From assembly GCF_009834535.1 (NCBI RefSeq), contig NC_045696.1:35652001-35716000 (forward strand): 64,000 bases of DNA, read 5' to 3'. How positions within the stretch are numbered: position 1 is the first letter of the stretch; each line of letters begins with the position of its first letter. Positions 54,831 through 64,000 of the stretch are shown here, piece by piece. The stretch comes from Camelus ferus (Eukaryota). The position numbers and the translations under genes were made by a program. A model generated the notes under the pieces. It was not told the DNA's origin. It saw only the letters and a list, made by a program, of their open reading frames with translations, and searched no databases.

Positions 54831-57800
54831 TGGAGGTTTTTTCTTTGTGTTTAACACTGTATAGTTTTCTTAGTAGTTGCTCAATGGCATTATAATAAAC
54901 ATTTGTAACTCTGTACATGCATATAAATTCTGATAATGTTTAGGCAAACAAATGTATCTGTTTTTTACCTATATGAGATGAGTATTGGTCTAGATGTTTC
55001 CTATAGGTGCTTCATGTTCTAACACTTTTTAATATGTGATAAATATTCAATATTATGCATTTATTATCATTTGAAAATTGTAGTGCTACATATGGAAAAA
55101 TAAAACTATATGTCCTTGCTATATGTGTTTATTTTTAAGTGAAAAAGAATGCATATGCGTGTAATTAAGATAAGTAATGATTTATTATGCATGCTATTAA
55201 GCAGAGTTTTTTGAACTGGCCAGTCTAGAATTTAAGGAGTTAAATGAGAACAGTGTAGGACTCTCTTGATTGGTTGTAATAATTCTAGGTTATTTTATGT
55301 GTGGGAGGAATTCTGTTAATTCTCTCCTTTTCTAAAAGAAAATTATCTTCATTTGTTTTTTTTAATTTTTATATCTTTACTATATTAATAAAGGCATCAT
55401 CAATAGCTTTAAAATTTGTCAGAACCACTGCTGTAATATAAGTTCACATCTATGATTTGTTTATTTGGTTGTAGAAGCAACTGAAACAATAGAAATAAAG
55501 GCATGAAATTATCTGAGTTATCTCTCAGTACTAACAGAAGATAAAAATGCCCATGCACTTATGTAATACAAAAAATAATGTGGGTTTTTTTTTTTGCTTT
55601 TTGCCCTGGATATGTGGCTGAAATAGAGTAGAGAATGTAATGAAGATGGATGTTGAAATTAATGTTGAAGCTTGAAAACATTTTAGTCCTTTTTGACTCC
55701 TGTAGAGTTCAGATGCTAAGATGATTTGTTTTTCCCATAATCCATGTGTCATTAAATAAACCCACATTCATTGAGTAAACTGCATTTTTCTGAGTCCACG
55801 AATAACTAAACATTTCTTAGTTCTGAAACAGTCTAAAGGACACTCAGTTACTACACTGTATACTTGTAGAGTATTGGATAAAAATTTTTCTGTTTGCCCT
55901 CAGGTATTTTGAAACTAAAGAGCTTTTTTTCACGTGACTATTTTTGAATGGCTAAGTGAGTAACGTGAGTCTCATCAGGTATTATATATCACTGTGAGTA
56001 CTTCCTGTTGGGCTTGTTAAAAAGTACTGTGGTGGAAAGGAATCAGGATTCCATGTCAAACAAACCTGAGTTCACGATCCTTAGCTGTTTTTATTAGTTA
56101 AACTCAATGCTGGTTGAATTCTAGAGATTCAGTTTATTCATCATGTATTATATAAAAATAATTGTATCAAGCTAATAATGTTAGAAAGATAAAGTGGAAC
56201 ATTATAGGTAGAGAGTTTTCCTTAGTTTACACACTCAAAAAGTACTTTTCTTTGCCCTATTTACTTACCTTCCTCCAGTGAAAAGCCTAGTTTTAGGATT
56301 TACGTTCACCAAAATTGAACTCTGAAGGAAGTGAGTTCCAAAGGTAAATTTTGGAAAGTCATTTGGGACCCATTGTTCAATGTTTGGCCAACTCTGATAA
56401 TAATTTTTTACATTAAAACTGATCAATAATTATTTTCAAAATACAGAACAAGACTTCTCCTATTTCTTATTGTTAATAAAATGACTTTTGTTTTTGACAT
56501 TTGAAGTGTGTAATAATAAAAATTATATAAGGTAGAAACAACTTCCTTTAGTGAAACAGAATATTTTGACTTTGTATGGAAGCTTATTTTCAGTCCCAAC
56601 TTAAATAATACAAAACTTAATTTCCGTTTCCTAGTATTAAATTATAAACCATATATTCCTGGTTTACAGTGGAGGACTACATACACTTAGAGGCCTGGAA
56701 ATATTGCTTCAAATGAGGAGATGTTAAGTGTGGTAAATGGCTACTCCACAAGCATAGTTTCCTGCTATGTAGGGCACATAAATATTAGATTTAGTCTGAA
56801 ATGGTTGAAAATGTTTCCAACATCTTTTAACAATTAAAAGAAAAAATGTGAGGCTCTGAGAAGATCTGATTCATTCAGCATATTTGTATTTTGATTAAAA
56901 GAACTATTTGATCCTACACAGTAAGTGCATGGAAAAAAGCTGGCTAGCTATTTGATTCAATGTGGTTGTTAGAGAAGAAAATATGGCTCTTATGCAGGGT
57001 TTTAGCCTTGTGTAGCTTTGTGATTGTTATTTGTTTACCCACGGTGGAAATCTCCTTATTAAATTGTGGGCAAGAGGCACTTTTATTGGTTTCCCGAAGA
57101 GTAACTGCTTATTTCAGGAAGCATTAGATTAACATACAAGATGCAGATCTCTGGAGTTGATCTCACAACAGAACTAGAGCACACTGACTTGATACTTAGA
57201 CATGTGCAGGAGACAGACAGTTTCCTAAAGGGCTGGATGCAATTTCTTCTTTTAGTTCTAAAAACAATTTTAACAAATTTTTTGACCCATAGTAAAGCTA
57301 TGGGCACATACATCAAAAAATGAGGTTCGATAAAGTCTCCTCTTTTGTTCTAAGAGTAGGCAGCAACTGAGATTTACATGGTCATAAAACACTACTTAAA
57401 AATAAAAAGCTCAGTCCTGTACATACAGATGTGCCATTGTTGGTCAGAATATGCTCTCATTAGCTGTTATACTATCAACACTGTTATCAACATGGCGCTG
57501 ATCTTGCACTATTTCTTCTTCTCCACTCCTGGCTCTGCACTCCTATTCCTGGGCCACTTAAGCCGTACATCTTGTGTACTAAACCATATGGAGCATGTTT
57601 TTGTATGAACTCTCATGATTAAGGACATCTGTCTCAGTTTCTACATTAGCCTTCAAGGGATCTTTGCATCATTTAATGGTATAGCAAACAGCATGATTTT
57701 TATCATGAAGTTGGCTACATAGCTTTACTGGGGATTCCACTGTTTTCTTGCCTAAAAAAAAAACACGTGGATGGATATGTATTTTATCTTTCTCTTTTCT

Positions 57801-57945
57801 TCTTTCTTGCTTTTCTTCCTCTTTTCTTCCCTTCTTTCCATTCTTCCTTATTTCTGTTCACACTTACTGGATGTCCACCACATGGTAGGCAGGGCTTATA
57901 ATATTCCAGATTGCAGCTTTTCAATACTATAAAGACTGTCTGCAA

Positions 57946-58053
57946 CTCTTCCAGAAGATTGAAAAGGAGGGAATACTCCCAAACTTATTCTATGGAGCCA
58001 CCATCACCCTGATACCAAAACCAGACAAAGACACTACCAAAAAAGAGAATTAC
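57946..58053 (+). mobile_element. 108-bp internal L1 ORF2 fragment with 14-bp TSD and no poly(A) tail
   Basis: Translates without stops to [36 protein letters not shown] (L1 ORF2p, just before the RT core). Flanked by AAGACTGTCTGCAA at 57932-57945 and 58054-58067. Confidence 0.9.
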
Positions 58054-59384
58054 AAGACTGTCTGCAAATTAATGCAATTCACTTTTTCATTCAATTGCTT
58101 GTTTGGGACATAATTTGGATTCCCTGAATGATTTTTCCAAATGTTTTATTATAAGTAACATGACTCAGATTTGACTCAGATTTCCTGAGAATATTATTAA
58201 AGAATTTATCCAAACTGTCTACATGCCTCATGAGATAGCAACACAAAATGTTGATAGTTCTGTATTGAAATTCTACTAATTCTTCCTGCTTTAGAGATGT
58301 TCATCACAATTTATTCATAAGTATACATGATATTCAATATTACCATTCATGTGTATGATAGTATTTAATTCATATAAATTAAATCAAATCAATGTTTAAT
58401 CACTTTTAAATGGATATAGTAACATTAAATAGATAAGAAATACAGTGATATGTCATTAAACTCTTACAAACACTAGAAAATAGATATGAAATATGTAGCT
58501 CTTAAATCAATTACATTATATATTGCTGTTGATTTCAGTTTATAATTTGTAAAAGATCCTCTTTCTTTGTTGACGCAAAGATAAACTGTATTGAAAAAAC
58601 CTGATTAAGGAAAAAGTCTAATTTAATGTAAACTACATTGCAGACTTTAGTCATTGTTTGTTTTTTCTCATGGGTAAATTATCACTAGTCTTATTTATTG
58701 CTAAAAGTAGTTTTCAACTATGTCTGAATACATTTAGGAGTCTCAGTGAAACAATATTGACTAGTGAATACTGATTATCTCTGGATGTCCAGGTACTGTG
58801 TGTAATATGCTAAAGATACAGAGTCAAACAGGATATTGTCCCTGCTCTGGTGGAGGAGTCTACTTTTGTTGGCACTGAGAGTTTTAGAGGAAGAGATAGA
58901 GGCTATACTGATAGACTTTGTTTTCAAAGGTATAGTTTCATAAATAAAGTAGCAGCCAAAATCAACACATTTAAATCATTGATGTGAAGATATTAATAGT
59001 TCTCTAATGCAAACATAATTTGTGCTATAACTTGTATTTATGTCTCATTGCTGAGATAAAATTCATCCATATCTCAGCTTTCCTTTTACTATAAAAACTG
59101 TATTTCAGGTGGCATTTTGAAATATGGAACACTCCTTTCGACTAAGAACTTTCAGGATACCTAAGAAAGTCATCATCCATCTTTATAGAAGAAACAAATG
59201 GAGATACAGGTGTGAGGGACATTTTGACTTTCTGTTCTAAACCCTGAATGTCCTATTTTCCCCATATTAGACCATGCAGAAACAATACCATACAATGTTC
59301 AGTATTCGATGTCAGAATTAAAGTTCTCAAATTTTAAAGTATGATTCTACCAATTTTGATTTTAAGTCTTTTGACACAAGGGTG

Positions 59385-59595
59385 AGAAACTAATATTTTA
59401 TTGACTGTCTTGTGTGGGACAACACTTTATAAAATATTTCTTTTAATCCTTTACTATAATTATGATGTAGATACGATTTTCTTTATTTTATAGATGTAGA
59501 AACTGGGTCTTCTAAAAGATCATACCTTTGCCTAATGACAGCGCTAGTAAATAACAAAAACAGGTCAGTCTAATTCTAAACCCACTGCTTTAGTT
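59385..59595 (-). mobile_element. MIR SINE
   Basis: tttaatcctttactataat...ttttatagatgtagaaactggg. Confidence 0.6.
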
Positions 59596-62500
59596 TCTCA
59601 GAAAATTGAAATACTTTAACATTTTATACTTATTGGTGGTGGCAGATATTCTTTTTGTTGTCCTGTATTGGTTACCCATTAAGATCTACAACATTGCTCA
59701 GCATACAGCAGAGTTTCAGTGGTTTGTAATCAGCTGGTCAATCATTTCAAATTATTAAGCACTCAAATACCAAACCCTATGCTAGTTGTCTGGGATTTAA
59801 AAAATAATAGGAAGTGAAATGAACACCTATGAAGTTTCCCTTGTTCTTAAAAATGTTCCCTCATAATGTATCTCAAGTCACAGGAAATTTCTACTGTAAA
59901 ATTTTAAAAATCTACATTCTACTTGGAAAAGGAGTCATTTTTGCTGCCCTCTCTGTCTTCCTTCCCAAAAGCAAGGTTTATGCCACTTTGCTGTGCTCAT
60001 TGATATAATTTCTATTTGGTTCATAGATTCTATTATTGTTTTTCTTTTTTGAAGGACAGAAAAAGTAAAAAGTGAGTTAGTTTAACTATAGCACACCTAC
60101 CACTCTTCAATTATTAAAATTTTTAAAAAGTAAATGCATTTATAATACATTCAAATGCAGTCTGAAACTCTGCTGGGAAGTAATGCTTTTAGAATAAATT
60201 TTCCAATCTGGCTTACTGGAAATTTTTAGAAATAAGTAAATCTTAATGAGTTTCCATCTGTAAGATTTTCACATATCAGGTCCTAGGGAAATGCTGAATG
60301 CTAATGCCCTCAAGTTTTGCTGAAAAGGTATACTCTTATAACTCTTCTTATATTTAACATTTTACCCACTTAACTTCACCAGAAGTGGTGTTTTCATAAT
60401 GCATGACAACAACAAAGACAGAATGACAGGAAGAGAGAAAAGTGCCATCAGGTTCAGAGTCAAAAGGAAAAAAAAATACCTCTTTTTTTAAATAAAGAAA
60501 AATTAATACATTTGCAAAACACTTTTTGAAATTTACTTAAATTCTTTATTTCCAGTCTTAAATCCAAAATCTTATTTGTGAAACTCTTTATGTGTGTGTG
60601 TGTGTGTCCATATGAGTATTGTGGTAGAAGAGACATATATCATGTGTGGTTGACTTGTTCTTAAGAATTTGCTGTCAAAAATATGCTTAGTTAATTGATA
60701 CCAGCAATTGAAAAATTATATTGATAACTGATACTTATAATATTTTGTGCCTGAACTTTTCTTATAAAATTCTCTCTCGTTGTCTTTCATTCTTTTCCTT
60801 TCTTTCATGTATTTAATAGGAGTTTGGAATTAGGTCATGTGACCACATGATTAAGTCTCTCATTCAAAATCTTTATTAGGATGTCGGAAATTTAAAAGTG
60901 ACTTAATTCATGGATGTGATGTCAGAGACGAAATATGAGAAGAAGGGGTGTTTCTAAATGCCTTCCAATAACAATGAAAAAGCGGAAGTTATTTGGGATC
61001 TCATAAGATGGTTAAGGAAAAAGTGAAACCTGAAACTAAGGAAACAAAAGTTTAGACAAGATAATCCCAACATCAGAGAGAGCATTTGTCATTGTCAGAA
61101 CTCCAAAGAGCAATAAAGCTTTAATCCATTTCATGGACCCCAGGCCTCATGGTCTAGTAATTCTTATGTCACCAAACCATCTTATGATCTGTATGAAATT
61201 ACAGTGTGTCACCACTCTACATCTGCAATCTTAATGTTTCCGTCCTCTGATTGCATGACAAGAAAACTCTTGAACCAGAGCACTCCACTTCACAGGAGTT
61301 GGACAGAACCAGCTGCTCACAATTTTGGAGTTTTACAAGGGCTTTTTAGTTCCAGAGTCCCTGTCTGACCTGTGTCCATTTTCAGAATTCTTCAGGAAAA
61401 ATTGGGGTTGTCTTTTTGTACCTTAAAACATTTTTTAAAATACTGAGAAAGATTTCCAAAACTAGCTAGAGACTCACATTCCTCTTCCTATTTCTTTCAA
61501 CTGTGTAACAGCTGTGAAATCTAAAAAGTGACCATTTTAAGTTATATTCACTGATTTTAAAACAAATCAGTTTTGATGGTTTCTTTGCCCCCCTTCAAAG
61601 AAGCATCTACCAAATTAACATCTACCAAAATTGCTGTCATAATGGATTATGGTTTTTTTTTAATTTTTGTCATGAAGCATCAAAAGGGATTGTTGACTTT
61701 TTACCTGGTATGAACAAACTAAGGGGAGTTTGGAAATGTAATCAATGGAGAAGTAAATTTCAAATTATACCTATCTCTTCAAAAGTCTTTGTGCCCACCT
61801 GTTCTATTCCTGGAAATATGAACTTTTGCAAAGTTCTCTGATAGCCCCCTGAATGGCCAAGGATATTTTACTTGGCATTAATTCCCCTCCCACATACTGT
61901 TCAGTTAAAACAGAACTGGTAGCTGAACAACTGCCCCTGGTAAGAGCTGTGCAGTTTATATGCTTTGCCTAATCTTTTCTGTAGAAAATTTTGCAATCTA
62001 AGTGTGTTAGAAATCAAATCAGGGTCATTAGGAAGTCTCTGCTCAAAAAAAGGAAATTAAACTCTTACAGTCATGTACCTGTGCTTCCTGTGGCACGTGA
62101 TTTTATATTCCAAATTGTGCTTTCATTTTTTTTTCCTACTGCAGACAAATAACATCAGCATCACATCAACTCAAGTTATAATTGATTCATTACCAAGGAT
62201 CACAATGAATGTGCCTTGCTTGTAATTATAATCTAGTACAAATTACGTACATTTAAATGAAAACACAAAGAGCTCCTGGGGTGGGAGAAAGATGCCGGTT
62301 TACACAAAATGCTATGCATTGGAGAAGGCAGTAGTGGGGTTGTGACTCATTAAATCTGGAAAGTTACATGCTTCACTCCTCCAATTGGTGAATCTTTATA
62401 CCTGTTCCTTGTTAAAGTCTCTAGAAAGTGCAGCTCTAAACATCTGTTTAACTGTGCTCATTCTGTATCATTTGAATTCATTTGAACACAGAAGACTTTT

Positions 62501-64000
62501 CATTAGGTATTTGTTTTGCAGACCACATGCTGGGAAACTATTCTGAGTCACAGCACAACATTTCCTACCGACCTGATGGTCAGAGTCTGAAATAATTTTG
62601 TGTTTGTTTTGTGTTTTATTAGTTTAGAAATTCTATGGTAAAATACATCGGGCACCCTGATCATCAATTGTTATCTGTTATAGTGTGTGCAAGTTGTATC
62701 TTTTCAGAAGAACTATTGATTTTTCCTTCAATCATGTCTTAGTAGATTGGAAGCTAAGATTTCTTAGAAGTAGTTTAATTATTGAGGAGTGAATTAAATG
62801 CCCACATTTCCCGGGACCCAGCTGGTATAGAACACAATTTTTATTTCATCAAACCTAAATTAATTCAGTGCTATGTGTCTTTTTTATATTGGTTATATAA
62901 TGCATAATGAAATTCTCTGAGAATATGAATTATCTCCGATCTGGTTGCCGTTATGAAACACTTCATACCAAGTGAGTGTGAGGCCACCTTGCAGAGAACA
63001 ATGGAAAATAAGTAGTCAGCTTTCATCGGAGGGAAATGTATAATTATGAGTTAACCTTGAAAAATAACTCTTCAAATAGAGGGATACTTAGTTTTCTTTG
63101 GAGTGAATCACTTTATCCTGAAATAGTGTCCAAGACACTAAGAGCAGACCAGCCCCAAACAGAAGAGCTTGCAAAGGCATTGGGCTATAAATCACTGTGG
63201 GGCAGGACTGACCTGGAAGCAGTGCCAGGAGGAAGTTTCTTTGATAATTTACAGTTTCTCATGCCCCACTATAAACTATGAGATGTGATACCCCTTATGT
63301 CAGTGAAATGTTGACTTGCTTGCCTTTCTCTGCATGGCTCCAGGATTGATCCAATGTCTCTTCCATGACTTAATTAGTTTGATGTGGCTAAACATGTGAA
63401 CGGTAAATGTTCTGATGTCCCGGGAGGTCCAGAGGAAGGGAAAAAAGAGGCAAAAGGAATCTATGCTGCTTGGGCCAGGAGTTACCTCACTGTCACTTCC
63501 AGACTGGCAGAGAGAGAATTAGCGATGTTCCTTCTGCAGCCATCAGCAGGTCACGGTGCTTTCCTGCTCATCCATTGGACCTGCGGCTGTAGAGAGCAGC
63601 CACCTGGCTCTCTTTGGGGAACTGGGCTGCATCTCGGGATGTGAGACTCAGAAGGAATGGAATCTCAACGTTTCCGACTACTGTTTAACCATAGCCGCTC
63701 AGTGCTTGTTCTTTGGTTGCCAACATACACTATGTCAGAATCATGATTTTTGACAGAAAACGGAAATGCAGGAGATGACATAAAATTGAAAGCAGTGACA
63801 TAGATCAGAATCGATTTGAGGGAAAAGCATCTTCATATACACAAATTCTCCCCTAAGACATGATCTTTATCTATTACTTTTGACCTCACCCTGACCTCTT
63901 TTTAAAATCCTGTTGCCATGAACTAAAGCAATGAGGTCACCTCAACTCTTCCTTGACAGCTTCCTGCTAACAGTTTAGATCCTTAAATAGTTCTGCATGT

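Overview
This is AT-rich mammalian genomic DNA containing the 3' end of the receptor tyrosine kinase gene EPHA3 on the + strand. Six coding exons (exons 12-17 by recalled human numbering: 4468-4529, 6126-6335, 23535-23684, 25202-25395, 37756-37911, 44367-44472) have GT-AG boundaries and splice in frame. They encode the C-terminal part of the kinase domain, the SAM domain and the PDZ-binding end (-PVPV*). A ~2.6 kb 3' UTR ends at an AATAAA at 47076. The introns and ~17 kb of downstream DNA consist mostly of old eutherian repeats (L2, MIR, MER5/MER20, Tigger MITEs, MLT1/ERV LTRs, old L1) and microsatellites. One young L1 3' end and the lack of Alu/B1/Bov-tA/PRE1/SINEC suggest a camelid host (inference). 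I see no new multi-gene system. The most unusual items are a tail-less internal L1 ORF2 fragment flanked by a 14-bp target-site duplication, possible alternative processing around exon 15, candidate intronic enhancers, and nested transposon insertions. Repeat subfamily names and human comparisons are from memory, not database searches, and old-repeat boundaries are approximate.
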